Source: an uncultured Chloroflexia bacterium | GTDB lineage: Bacteria > Chloroflexota > Chloroflexia > Thermomicrobiales > CFX8 | Direction of reading: 5' to 3' | DNA: 64,000 nucleotides | Assembly (NCBI GenBank): GCA_963763325.1 | Contig: CAVXOL010000024.1 | Location: 66,984-130,983, forward strand | Shown: positions 9,320 to 20,200 of the stretch, piece after piece | Layout of the letters: every line of letters starts with the position of its first letter | How positions within the stretch are numbered: position 1 is the stretch's first letter | Program-made: the position numbers and the translations under genes | The notes under the pieces: generated by a model | Databases searched by the model: none | What the model was told of the DNA's origin: nothing | Seen by the model: the letters and a program-made list of their open reading frames with translations, nothing else

Positions 9320-10920
9320 TCCGATGTCGCCTCGCTCAGGATGATCTGGTCGACCACGAGTTCGACCGGCGCGAGATCGTCGGTGAAGACCTGCGCGTCT
9401 CCGTCGTACTCGCGGATGTTTCCGGTCTCGATTGCCAGCTCCATCACATCGTGAATCAAACCACCTTCGGGAGCGTTCGCGAGGTTGGCGGCAAAGTTCT
9501 CGATATCGGTTGGCTGGTTCGTCCCAACGACGATGCTGTTGGTGAACCGATCAACGTCGATGATGTAGACGTTGTCGAAGACGGCGCCCATCGTCGCCGC
9601 GATTACCTCGACGAGCCGGAAGTCGGTCCGTGTCCGGCCGGCGTTGACGATCGCGACGCCGTCGTCAGCCAGGTGGTCACTGACTTCCTGGAAGAACTCC
9701 TGCGTCGTCAGGTGGAACGGGATGTACGGCTGACGGTAGGCGTCGATGCCGATGACATCGTAGGTCTTTTCGCTCTTTGTCAGCGCATAGCGGCCATCGT
9801 CGATGATGACGTTCAAATTCGGCTCGTTCATGTCGAAGTACTCGCGGCCGATGTCGGCGATCTCGCCGTCGATCTCGACGCCGTCGATTGGGATCGGCCC
9901 GTACGCTTCGGTGAACTGCTTTGACACCGTCCCGGCTGCCAGCCCGATCAGCATCAGACTCTCGACATCCTCAGGACTCATATCAGGATTGAAGTACGGC
10001 CCGACCATGAAGTAGTCCCATGGTCCGCCGGTCAGCCGCATGTCCGGATGGTAGATCGAGTGCGTTGCGTGTCCCTCGTTGAGTGCCAGCCGAATCTCGC
10101 CATCCCGGTCGATCACCTGGACATAGTTGTATTGGGTTTCAGTCTCGTAAATCACTCGCCCATACTCCGGGGGGCGGATTAGACCGCCCTGGTCGAGGAT
10201 CGGGATCAACGCGACGGCGACGATCAGCCCTCCGACGATGGCGACCTCCCGAATCTCCCGGATTGCCAGAAACGCCAGGAAGGTCGGAATCAGCAACCCA
10301 AAGGCCAGAATCAGGAACGTGGCCCTTGTCCCAAAAACCGGTATCAGCAGAAACGTCGGCAGGAAGCTCCCGATGATCGACCCGACAGTCGAGAGCGCGT
10401 ACAGTGAACCTGCTGTATGCCCCGCCGACTTGACGTCGTCCAGCCGCAACCGGACCGCGAAGGGCGAGATGCATCCCAGTAAGGTGATTGGGACCGCGAA
10501 TAGCAGCATCGTCCCAAGCAGAGAGCCGTAGAATGCGCCGACGGCAACGTCGTCGAACGCATCCAGCGAGATCCGCAGGATCGGCTGCGAGACGGTCGGG
10601 ATCAGCGCGATCGAAACTCCCGCAATAGCGGTCAACAGAAACAGCAACTGATGCGACGGGTTTCGGTCGGCAAGCCGTCCACCGAGGAAATACCCCAGCG
10701 TCAGATAGAGGAGCGTTAGACCGATCAAGTTGGCCCAGATGAACGTCGACGATCCAAAGTACGGCCCAACCAGGCGCGACGCGCTGACCTGGATCGCGAT
10801 GCTCGAGATACCACCGAAGAAGACGATTGCTCCCAGAACCGCTCCACGCGGGTTGGTCCAGTTCGTCGCGGTTTGTGCTGCTACGGGTTGAGCGACCAAG
10901 AACAGTTCTCCAGTAGTCAA
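9316..10920 (-). CDS. Fused polytopic membrane domain / spermidine-synthase-like (polyamine aminopropyltransferase family) protein
   Basis: 534-aa ORF with an N-terminal half of about 8 hydrophobic segments. The C-terminal half has spermidine-synthase-like segments (VIGIDAYRQPYIPFHLTTQEFF). It has a TTG start; an alternative TTG lies 21 nt downstream after GGAGAA. Confidence 0.7.
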   Translation of the reverse strand: MTTGELFLVAQPVAAQTATNWTNPRGAVLGAIVFFGGISSIAIQVSASRLVGPYFGSSTFIWANLIGLTLLYLTLGYFLGGRLADRNPSHQLLFLLTAIAGVSIALIPTVSQPILRISLDAFDDVAVGAFYGSLLGTMLLFAVPITLLGCISPFAVRLRLDDVKSAGHTAGSLYALSTVGSIIGSFLPTFLLIPVFGTRATFLILAFGLLIPTFLAFLAIREIREVAIVGGLIVAVALIPILDQGGLIRPPEYGRVIYETETQYNYVQVIDRDGEIRLALNEGHATHSIYHPDMRLTGGPWDYFMVGPYFNPDMSPEDVESLMLIGLAAGTVSKQFTEAYGPIPIDGVEIDGEIADIGREYFDMNEPNLNVIIDDGRYALTKSEKTYDVIGIDAYRQPYIPFHLTTQEFFQEVSDHLADDGVAIVNAGRTRTDFRLVEVIAATMGAVFDNVYIIDVDRFTNSIVVGTNQPTDIENFAANLANAPEGGLIHDVMELAIETGNIREYDGDAQVFTDDLAPVELVVDQIILSEATSE

Positions 10921-10922
10921 TC

Positions 10923-11004
10923 AGCCAGTCAGGTTGTCACACAGTCAGCAAGGCAGTCGTCCGACATCGACTGATCGGCTGACCAGCTGACAACCTGACT
11001 GGCT
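10923..11004. repeat. Compound hairpin with a 17-bp perfect outer inverted repeat, filling the intergenic gap
   Basis: AGCCAGTCAGGTTGTCA (10923-10939) pairs with TGACAACCTGACTGGCT (10988-11004). Nested inner stems are GTCAGC/GCTGAC and CAGTCG/CGACTG. Confidence 0.75.
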
Positions 11005-11010
11005 TACCAG

Positions 11011-12649
11011 CTAATAGCTCTCCAGGCTAATCGGCACGTCAATGATCACCGGCATCTCGCTTGACTTGGCGGCTGCCAGTGCCTCTGACAAAGCCTCCGG
11101 TGATTCAGCCCGGATGCCCTGGATACCGTAGGCGTCGGCCAGCTTCACGTAGTCGGGGTTTACCAGATCGACCGCGACATAACGGCCTGGATACGTCCGC
11201 TTCTGGGCTGCCTTGACAGCCGTATGGGTGCTGTCGTTGAAGATCACGGTCGTCACCGGGATACGGTGGTGGACGGCGGCACCGAGCTCTTCCATCGTGA
11301 ACTGGAAGCCACCGTCGCCAACCATCGCGACGACCTGCTTGTCAGGGCAGCCGACCTTCGCGCCAATCGCTGTCGGTAGCGCCGAGCCGAGCGTTCCAAA
11401 GCCACGCGGGAACGTGTAGCTGCGCGGCTCGTAGACCGGGAAGTAGCGAACACCCTCGTAGGCCATCATCGTCATGTCATTACAGAGAATCGCGTCGCGG
11501 TCCATGCCTTCGCGCATCGCATCGATGTACGGGACATAACCGGCCACGCGTGCGTCGGATGGCTCGAACAGCCGATCGCGGATGATCGCAACCTGTTCCT
11601 CGCTCCAGCGCTCCTTCGGTCGGCTGCCGGATCGGACAGCCTCCAGGAGGTCGCTTAGCGCCCGCGTGGCGTCTGCGATGATGCTGACATCCGGCTGATA
11701 CCGCTTGCCGTGCTCGGCCGGGTCGATGTCGATGTGGATCAGCTTCGATGGGAGCGGCATCGTGCCCTCGCCACTGGTGCGGACTCCGAGTCCCGAGCCA
11801 ACCACGATCGCGAGATCGCTCTTCTGCATGACCTCGACGGTCGGGTTGTCTGCCGACCAGCGATACCCAAACGCACCGACCGCGAACGGATGGTCAGCCG
11901 GAATCGCACCCTTGCCCATCAGCGACGTCACGACCGGAGCGCCAAGCTCTTCCGCCAGCGCCTGCAATGCCGCTGCGGCTTCAGCGGATGTCGCGCCGCC
12001 CCCGGCGAAGATCATCACGCGTTCAGATGCGGCAATCAAGCTCGGCGGCTCGGGCGATCTGCCCACTGATGTCGACTGCCGATGTCGAACGCAACAGGGT
12101 GATGTCGTCCATCTCAAGTTCGTCAGCCATCACGTCAATTGGGACTTCGAGATAGATCGGACGAGGACGGCCTGTCCCAATTGCAGTGAACGCTTCGTTG
12201 ACCGATGCCGGGATGTCGCTCGCGTCCATCACGCGCTTACTCCACTTGACGATCGGCTTCATGACGCCCATCTGGTCGGTCATCTCGTGGAGGTTGCCTT
12301 CGAGCGTGTCGATGTACTTGCGCTCCAGGTTGGTTGCGATCACGAAGACACTGGACGAATCAGCAAACGCTTCACCCACCGCCGTCGCGACGTTCGTCAC
12401 TCCCGGGCCGGTCACGATCAGCGCGATGCCGGGCTTGCCGGTCGCCCTGTAATACCCATCGGCCATGAATCCGGCGCCCTGTTCGTGGCGGGCGAGGATG
12501 TTCGTCAGGCCGGGATTCTCATGCAGCGCGTCGTAGATATCCAGGTTGTGAACGCCGGGGATACCGAAGACCGTGTCGACGCCGTGCGCCTTCAGCAATT
12601 CGACAATTGCTTCGCCGCCACGGACACGGTTGCTGATACTGATCGCCAT
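11011..12649 (-). CDS. Thiamine-pyrophosphate-dependent enzyme (acetolactate-synthase-like family) with one frame change near 12045
   Basis: ORF 12023..12649 is the N-terminal TPP_N domain (GVDTVFGIPGVHNLDIYDAL). ORF 11011..12117 holds the central and TPP-binding domains (VAMVGDGGFQFTMEELG). Confidence 0.8.
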
Positions 12650-12808
12650 TCTCGCTCGATTCCCTCCCCGGTTCTCCGGTCACCCCTGCAATCCCACGAT
12701 CGTGAAGTTCGTCACGGAAGTATAGCCGCCGGGCAGTCGATTCGGTCACGATCGTTCATGGGATACTGCGTGGACAACGAGCGACGGTAGCGAAAGGGAA
12801 GTGGCGGG

Positions 12809-14047
12809 ATGACGCAAACGGCGGAGGCGGTGGTCATCGGCTCAGGAGCGTTTGGCGCGAGCGTCGCGTTCCATCTGCAACAACGCGGAATGCAGGATGT
12901 CGTGCTGATCGAGCAGCACGACATCGGCTCGCAAACATCCGCTCGGGCAGCTGGCAATGCCGCCCAGGCGCGGGGACACCATCTGATGGCGACGGTCGCC
13001 CGTGACGCCGTTGATCGCTTCCGCCGCTTCACAGACGAGACAGGTGAGCCACTGGACTATGTCGAATCCGGGAGCCTCGCGCTGAGCTGGACGGCAATCG
13101 GCGCGACAATGCTGACATCCCTCCGCGACGTCGGCCAGGCAAGTGGGCTTGATCTGAACCTGATCGACGCAGCCCAGGCACGTGATCTCTCGCCGTTTCT
13201 CAACCCGGACGGCGCGACTGCGATCCTCCACACCCCCGGTGACATCTACCTGGAACCGGCGCAGTTGCCGTTGGCGTACGCTGCTGCCTTTGAAAAGCGG
13301 GGAGGTAGGCTACGTCCCAGAACAGCCGTTACAGGTATTCTTCGCGACGGCGACACCGTAAACGGTGTCAGCACCGAAGGTGGCGACATCCATGCTCCCG
13401 TCGTCATCGACGCTGCCGGTGGTTGGACTCGGCTGGTGGCTGAGCAGGGAGGAGTCCGGATAGCGCTCGTACCAATGCGGCATCAGTTGCTGGTCACCCA
13501 GCCAGTCGTTGGCCTGAACCAAACACACCCGATCGTCCGCTTCACCGACCTGAACGCCTACTTGCGACCATCATTTGGCGGTGTCCTGCTCGGGGCCTAC
13601 GAACCGGATCCGCGCGTCGTCGATCCATCTCAGCAGGGGAGGGGATTCAACGTCTCCCAGCTTGAGCTCGATCGCCCGATGCTTGAGCGCGTCGCAGCTG
13701 CCATCGCACCACGCTTTGGACCACTCGGCGATCTGGACGGACGCCTGCGCGAAGTCCGAGGTGGATTGCCCACAATGACGCCCGATGGCTTCCCGTTACT
13801 CGGGCCGGTTCCGGAAGCCGAAGGTATGTTCGTGCTGTCCGGCTGCTGTGTCGGCGGCTTCTCGATCGCACCGAGCGTTGGCTCGCTATTGGCAGATTGG
13901 ATCGTCGATGGCCACCCGCCGATCGATCTCTCTCCGATGGCTCTGGATCGTTTCGGCGACGACTGGGACGACACCTGGCTCGTAGAAGCCTGCAAACGCG
14001 AATACTCACTGGTCTACGACATTCGTCGGGCAGATGTCGCAGGATAG
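12809..14047 (+). CDS. FAD-dependent oxidoreductase (DAO family, sarcosine/glycine-oxidase-like)
   Basis: 412-aa ORF with the N-terminal dinucleotide-binding motif VVIGSGAFGAS. Confidence 0.8.
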   Translation: MTQTAEAVVIGSGAFGASVAFHLQQRGMQDVVLIEQHDIGSQTSARAAGNAAQARGHHLMATVARDAVDRFRRFTDETGEPLDYVESGSLALSWTAIGATMLTSLRDVGQASGLDLNLIDAAQARDLSPFLNPDGATAILHTPGDIYLEPAQLPLAYAAAFEKRGGRLRPRTAVTGILRDGDTVNGVSTEGGDIHAPVVIDAAGGWTRLVAEQGGVRIALVPMRHQLLVTQPVVGLNQTHPIVRFTDLNAYLRPSFGGVLLGAYEPDPRVVDPSQQGRGFNVSQLELDRPMLERVAAAIAPRFGPLGDLDGRLREVRGGLPTMTPDGFPLLGPVPEAEGMFVLSGCCVGGFSIAPSVGSLLADWIVDGHPPIDLSPMALDRFGDDWDDTWLVEACKREYSLVYDIRRADVAG

Positions 14048-14203
14048 GCGACGTAAAGTTGTTCGTTGCTGCGAGGCTCGGTTCGTTGCTCATCACGTCG
14101 ACCTGTTCGCGTCCAGGAGCGTCCGTGAGTCGCCGCGGGAGACTGCCAGAGGGTTCATCGACTCATTGCGCGCGAATCGCGTGAATCGCGCACGGGAGTC
14201 ATC

Positions 14204-15227
14204 ATGTGCATGCCACCGCGACTGGTTCTATCCCGCGAGCAGATCCTCGCCTTCCGGCGGACCGTGGGTGCGCTGGATGCACGGCTCGTCTCCGGTGCGG
14301 CGTCTCTTAGGCGCGCGGCATGGGCAGGACTGCAGGACAGCATGCCCCGCGCGGCGCTCCTGTCACTCAACGCTCGTGTCGACGGAGTCCAGCCCAGCAC
14401 CTGGAACGACAAGTCCCTGATCCAGGTCTGGGGTCCCCGGTACAGCGCCTATGTCATAGCGGCAGAGGACCGCGCGGTCTTCACCCTCGGCCGGCTTCCA
14501 GACGACGCTGCGGGCCGCCAGCGTGCCCAGGAGATCCGCCGATCAACTGGAGGCATTCCTCGACGGCCGGCGAATGTCTTACGCCGATGCCGGACACGCC
14601 CTCGGCCTGAATCCCAATGCGCTCCGCTATGCTGCCCCGACCGGGCGCGTGCTCATTCGTTGGGAAGGCGCACGTCGCCCGACAGTTTGGACGGAGCCGG
14701 CACCCGACATGGATCCCGGCGAAGCGCGCCTGGAACTCGCGCGCCGCTATCTCCACATCTTCGGTCCAACGACCGCCGCGTCGTTCGCGCAATGGTCTGG
14801 CATTCCGCCACGCGCTTGCCGTGCGGCATTCACTGCGCTCGGGCCAGAACTTCTGCCGGTGTCCACGCCACTCGGCGATGGCTGGATTCTGGCCGCCGAC
14901 GAGCCGGTCCTGCATTCGCCGTCCGCACCAGCACCGGCGCGGCTCCTGCCGAGCGGCGACGCGTACTGGCTCCTCAATGGCCTGGATCGTGAGCTGCTGG
15001 TCCCGGACGCCGTCCGACGCTCGCAACTCTGGACGCCACGGGTCTGGCCGGGAGCACTGCTGGTCGATAGCGAGATCGTCGGGATCTGGCGCCGCGACGC
15101 CGCGATCGTCACGGTCGAGACTTGGCAACCGCTGTCACCCAACCAGCGCGACGCCGTCGAGACCGAAGCGGTGGCTCTTCCGCTACCCGACATACAAGGC
15201 CATGTCAGGTTGCACTGGGTCGGCTGA
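14204..15227 (+). CDS. Winged-helix DNA-binding protein of the YcaQ/AlkZ-like family with one frame change near 14535
   Basis: ORFs 14204..14992 (first about 110 aa) and 14523..15227 join into one protein. The LELARRYLHIFGPTTAASFAQWSG segment is typical of this family (from memory). Confidence 0.6.
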
Positions 15228-15632
15228 TTGGCTGGCTCCGGCTGTCCGATATTGTAGGGAGCCAGGACGATTCGAATGCTGCTCGCCGCAATTTGCGGTT
15301 AACTGCACTTGTACGCAATACAATTCTCGGTCAGACTCGTTGCTTCGTGCTGGAGAGGCTGCCAACGGTGGCGACGGACAGCCAGACAGCTAGGGCTAAG
15401 GAATACTCGAAGCAAGGCAGAGAACAGAAATGATGGCAATCGCAGCGCCCGCGACGTTTGGGGTGTTCGGCATCGGGTAAGCAGTTCGAGGGCCAGTTCA
15501 TCGCAGACTGCTTCATTACCAGCGGCAGTACCGAATTGACGATCAAGTTCGTCAGTAATGTTAATGCTGCAGAAGCCAAAGATCTACCTCGTGAGCTGAT
15601 CGGACGTCACGGCGAATGCGACGCCGAATGCT

Positions 15633-16580
15633 CTACCCAGCGAGCGACGCGCCGAGCACGGTCGTCGCTCGCCGCGTTCCGCGCCACCAGTCCGCCGCCG
15701 GCATTGCCTTCTTCCCGGCTGGCTGCACGAGGTCGAGTCGCAACCACCCATCTGGCGTCGCGACGACCACCTCGCCATCCCGTGTCGTCACAGTGCCGGG
15801 TGGTTGGCTGGTCAGAGAGCGGCCGCTCGCAAGCGTTGAGACAACGATGCGAAGTCTGGTTTCACCATCCGTCGTCCATGCGATTGGCCACGGATTCGCG
15901 GCGCGGACAAGTCGTTCGATCGTCGCAGCCGGTTGCGACCAGTCAATCCGTGCGTCGGCCGTCGACCACTCGCGCGTGATCGTCGCCAGCGAATCGTCCT
16001 GTGGAATCGGCGAAAGTTCGCCGGCGACGTAGCGTAGCGCGGTAGGTGGAAGCATCTGTGCAGCCAGTCCAGCCAGCCGTTCACTCAGCGATCCGGTCGT
16101 GTCGTCAGGCAGGATGCCTGCTTCAACCTGCGTGACGATCGGACCAGCGTCCAGCTTTCGGACCAGCTTCATGATGCTGACGCCAGTCGTCTCATCGCCG
16201 TTCAGGATCGCAGCCGGGATCGGCGAGGCACCACGGTAGCGAGGCAGGAGCGACGGATGGACGTTCAGGCAGCCGTGCGGCGTCAGCTCAAGGACGTTAC
16301 GGCGCAACAACTCGCCGTAGGCGACGACGATCAACAAATCCGGTGCGGCGTCGCGTAGCGGTTCGACCGCGGCATCATCACGCAGCGTCTCCGGTTGGTA
16401 AATTGGGAGTCCCAGATCCAGCGCGGCCGACTTGACGGGCGGCGGGCTGAGCGTCCGGCCCCGGCCGGCAGGTCGGTCTGGCTGCGTAACGACCAGCGCG
16501 ACCTCGATGTTGTCGTGTTCAGCAAGTTGGGCGAGCGATGGCACGGCAAAGGCCGGGCTGCCGAGGAAAACGACTCTCAA
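15633..16580 (-). CDS. fmt: Methionyl-tRNA formyltransferase
   Basis: 315-aa ORF. Motifs: MRVVFLGSPAFAVPSL and HPSLLPRYRGASPI. Its TTG start overlaps the upstream gene's stop (TTGA). Confidence 0.9.
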   Translation of the reverse strand: MRVVFLGSPAFAVPSLAQLAEHDNIEVALVVTQPDRPAGRGRTLSPPPVKSAALDLGLPIYQPETLRDDAAVEPLRDAAPDLLIVVAYGELLRRNVLELTPHGCLNVHPSLLPRYRGASPIPAAILNGDETTGVSIMKLVRKLDAGPIVTQVEAGILPDDTTGSLSERLAGLAAQMLPPTALRYVAGELSPIPQDDSLATITREWSTADARIDWSQPAATIERLVRAANPWPIAWTTDGETRLRIVVSTLASGRSLTSQPPGTVTTRDGEVVVATPDGWLRLDLVQPAGKKAMPAADWWRGTRRATTVLGASLAG

Positions 16581-17086
16581 TCGGCCGATGCGCCTTCAGA
16601 TGCGTGGTTGAGCGCCATCCGTGCCAGCAGCTCGAATCCGCGCGACACGTTCTCGCCGGTCTTGGCCGAGACGAATCCGTGTTGAGCATTGGCGAACGTC
16701 GCGAACGAGCGGCCCCATTCGGCCGGAAATGACAGGCCAAGGTCGGTCTTGTTGCCGACGATGACGATCGGCGCCGTCGGACAATAGCGCTTGCAGCGCG
16801 CAAACCATTCGGCCAGCGCCTGGAGCGAGACATCGGAGGTGACGTCATACACGAGCATCGCGGCCTGGGCGCCGAGGTAGAAGTTCGGCCGGTTTCCGGC
16901 CTGCCCCTCGATATCCCAGACGGCCAGCTTGACGGCCTCGCCATCGAGCGAGAATTCCTGGGTCGTGATATCGATCCCGAGCGTGATGTTTCGCGCCTCG
17001 CTGAATTTCGCCTTGGCGTACTGGCGAATAAGGGATGTCTTGCCAACATTACCTTCGCCGCCAACGATGACTTTCAGCGTACGCAT
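16577..17086 (-). CDS. Ras/Rab-like small GTPase (single domain, 169 aa)
   Basis: All five G motifs are visible: G1 GGEGNVGKTS, G2 T in ITLGID, G3 DIEGQ, G4 NKTD, G5 SAK. Confidence 0.85.
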   Translation of the reverse strand: MRTLKVIVGGEGNVGKTSLIRQYAKAKFSEARNITLGIDITTQEFSLDGEAVKLAVWDIEGQAGNRPNFYLGAQAAMLVYDVTSDVSLQALAEWFARCKRYCPTAPIVIVGNKTDLGLSFPAEWGRSFATFANAQHGFVSAKTGENVSRGFELLARMALNHASEGASAD

Positions 17087-17217
17087 GCGGAGTTCTCCCT
17101 TACGAGCAGTCCGACGGCGCAGTCCGCCGCCCGGAACTCGGTCTGTTGGAGTATAGAGAGCCAGCGGGTGCCGGTCAATTGTGGCGGCATCTCCTGCGAC
17201 AGGTAAGATTCGGCGTC

Positions 17218-20200
17218 ATGAGGGATCGACTCCGCCGTTCGAATCCATATCACCTTGGACTGCTTCTGATCGTCGCGGTCGGCCTCTTCCTGCGTGCGTA
17301 CGGCCTGAATTGGGACGATGGCCTCTATCTGCACCCCGACGAACGCTTCATCGCAATCGTTTCGTCCGATCGAATCGATATGCCACCATCAGACGACATC
17401 GGGAGCATCTTCGACCCCGAAACGAGTCCACTCAATCCTCGTCGCATCGACCCTGCCACTGGCCAGCCGCTGTCGTTCGCATATGGGACGCTCCCGGTCT
17501 ACGTCCAGAGCGTGACCGCCTGGGTCATCAATCTGATTGCCGAGACTGATTACCAGTCATACCCGCACATCTATAAGGTGGGCAGAGTCCTCAACGTCCT
17601 GCTCGACACATTGACCGTCTGGCTCGTCTTTCTCCTCGCGCAACGGATCTTTCGCCCATCTGCCGGACTCGTTGCCGCCGCGCTGTATGCCCTTGCCGTC
17701 CTTCCGATCCAACTCAGCCACTTCTTCACCGTCGATATCTGGCTGACCTTTTTCGTCACCGCCTCGCTCTACCTCGCGATCCGCTACCTCGACCGGCCAA
17801 CCTTTGGCCGTGCGCTCCTGCTGGCTGTTCCCGTCGGCTGCGCGTTCGCGACGAAAGCCAGCGTGCCGTCACTGATCGTCCCACTTCTGTTGATGGCCGG
17901 CTGGACGCTCTGGAAATCGACCGACCGGTTGATGGTCATGTCGTCGCTACTCTCTGCCGGTGCGCTGTCACTCATCGTCTTCACACTGTTTGAGCCATAC
18001 GCGATCGTCAATAGCGGTCCATTCATCGAAGATATTCGCATCCAGGCCCGGATCGTTCGCGGCGAATTCGATGTTCCATTCACGCGCCAGTTTGTCGGCC
18101 TGACACCGGGTCTCTACGAACTCCGCAACCTCTTCCTGTTCACCGTCGGTCCGGCGTTTCTCGTTGCGGGCATGGTCGGCGTCGTTCACGCCGCGCAGCG
18201 CGGCTGGCAGCGGCGTGACCCGGCGATAGTAATCGTGCTGAGCTGGATCGTCGCCTACATCCCGACACTCCTGATTACCGAAGCGCGGTTTTTGCGCTAT
18301 GCGCTGCCATTGGTGCCGGTTCTTGCCGTCGTGGCTGGTGGGCTGTTGACGACGCGAGTTCGGGTTGAGCGCCGTGTCCTGATGCGCGTTGCGACGACGA
18401 GCATTCTGGTTGTGACAGCCGTCTGGGCGATCGGATTTATCACAATCTACAGTCGCGAGCATTCCCGAATCGATGCCTCGAAGTGGATGGCGAGCAACAT
18501 CCCACCAGGCAGCGCCGTCGCATCAGAGACGTGGGACGATGTCCTGCCACTCCCCTACTCCGGCGCGACCTTTATGGGGTATCAACACGTCGAGTTCCAG
18601 ATCTACGACGATGCGCCGCCGGAGGAGAAAGCGCAATACATCGCCGAAACGTTGATGGCAGCCGATTATGTCGTGCTATCTAGCGACCGGGTGATCGAAT
18701 CGGTCGACAACCTTCCGTGGCGCTATGGCGTCCAGAACGAGTACTACCGCCGCCTCCTGGCTGGCCAGCTCGGTTTCCAGCTCGTCTATCAGGCAGAGGT
18801 GCGTCCCGAGTTGTTCGACATTGAGTACGACGACTCGTCGGCGGACGAGAGTCTGACCGTCTACGACCATCCCCGGGTCAGAATCTTTCAAAAGGTCGAA
18901 AATCTCGACGCTGCCCAGATCCGTGAGCGGCTGCTCTGGGGCATCAACCAGCCGTGGGAATCACAACGGTATCCCGCTGAAAAACAGCTGATGCTCGGCG
19001 AACCTGTCTCTGAAATCGAGACAACCGCCGACGCAAGCTGGAACGGGCTGGCCGTCGACCACGCACTGATCGCGATCGTAGTCTGGTTGCTGGCTGTCGA
19101 GCTGATCGGCCTGGCCGTTCTACCCCTCGCAGCAACCGTCCTCGGTCGCACGCCGGACCGTGGGGCGTTCTCGGCCCGGTTGCTTGGGCTCGTCCTGCTG
19201 GGCTGGATCGGCTGGATCACCGCAACGCTTGGGTTCTGGCAATCACGATCGGCAAATATCACCCTCACGCTGGCAGCAATTGCGGGTCTCTGTTGGGGAT
19301 TCGCTCATTGGCGAGCGAGAGAGGGAACGCCACTCAAGCTGCCGACCCGCCGTGCATACGCCGCATCGCTGACCGTTTGGCTGGGTTTGTTCGGATTCTT
19401 CTTGCTGTTACGCGCCATCTACCCCGACTTCTGGCAGACCTGGTTCGGCGGCGAGAAGCCGTTTGAGCTTGCCTACCTGCGGGCGGTCGCCGCATCGACC
19501 GAGTTCCCGCCGTTTGACCCATGGTATGCCGATGGCATCATCAACTACTACTACTACGGCTGGCATCTGCTCGCGACTGTCATCAAGCTCAGCGGCGTCG
19601 GCGTCTCGCACGGATTCCAGCTCGGCTCGGCCACATTTGCCGCGCTGCTTGGCCTGCAGGTTGCTTCGCTCGGTGCGGTGGTCTTCCGGCGTGGTCGCGT
19701 GCGCGTGCCAATTCGCGCGGTCGCCGCTGGGGGAGCCGTTGCCGTCGTCGCTGTAAGTTTTGTCGGCAATCTGGATGCGCTCCGCCAGGTCATCGAGCAA
19801 CGGGGTGTTCGCTCCGACTCGTTCGACTTCTGGCGATCGCGTAGCGTCATCGACTACACAATCAACGAGTTTCCGTACTTCTCGACGATCTGGGCCGATG
19901 TTCATCCGCACGTCATCAACTTCCCCATTATCGCGTTGTTGCTGACGCTCCTCGCGCAAATCGTCCTTGACGGACCACCGACCACCTTTCGCGGTCTGGT
20001 CCCATTCGCAGCCGTAACGTCGCTCGTTCTCGGCACGATCGCCGTCACCAACTCCTGGGACGCGCCACTGATGGTCCTGATGACGGTCGCTGCGTTCGTC
20101 TATGTCGGCCTGCTCCGGTCCTGGCAGGCTGGCATCGTATCTGGCGTGCTCGGCGTTATGACCGTAGCGATTGCCTTCCTGATCTTTGCGCCGTTTTACA

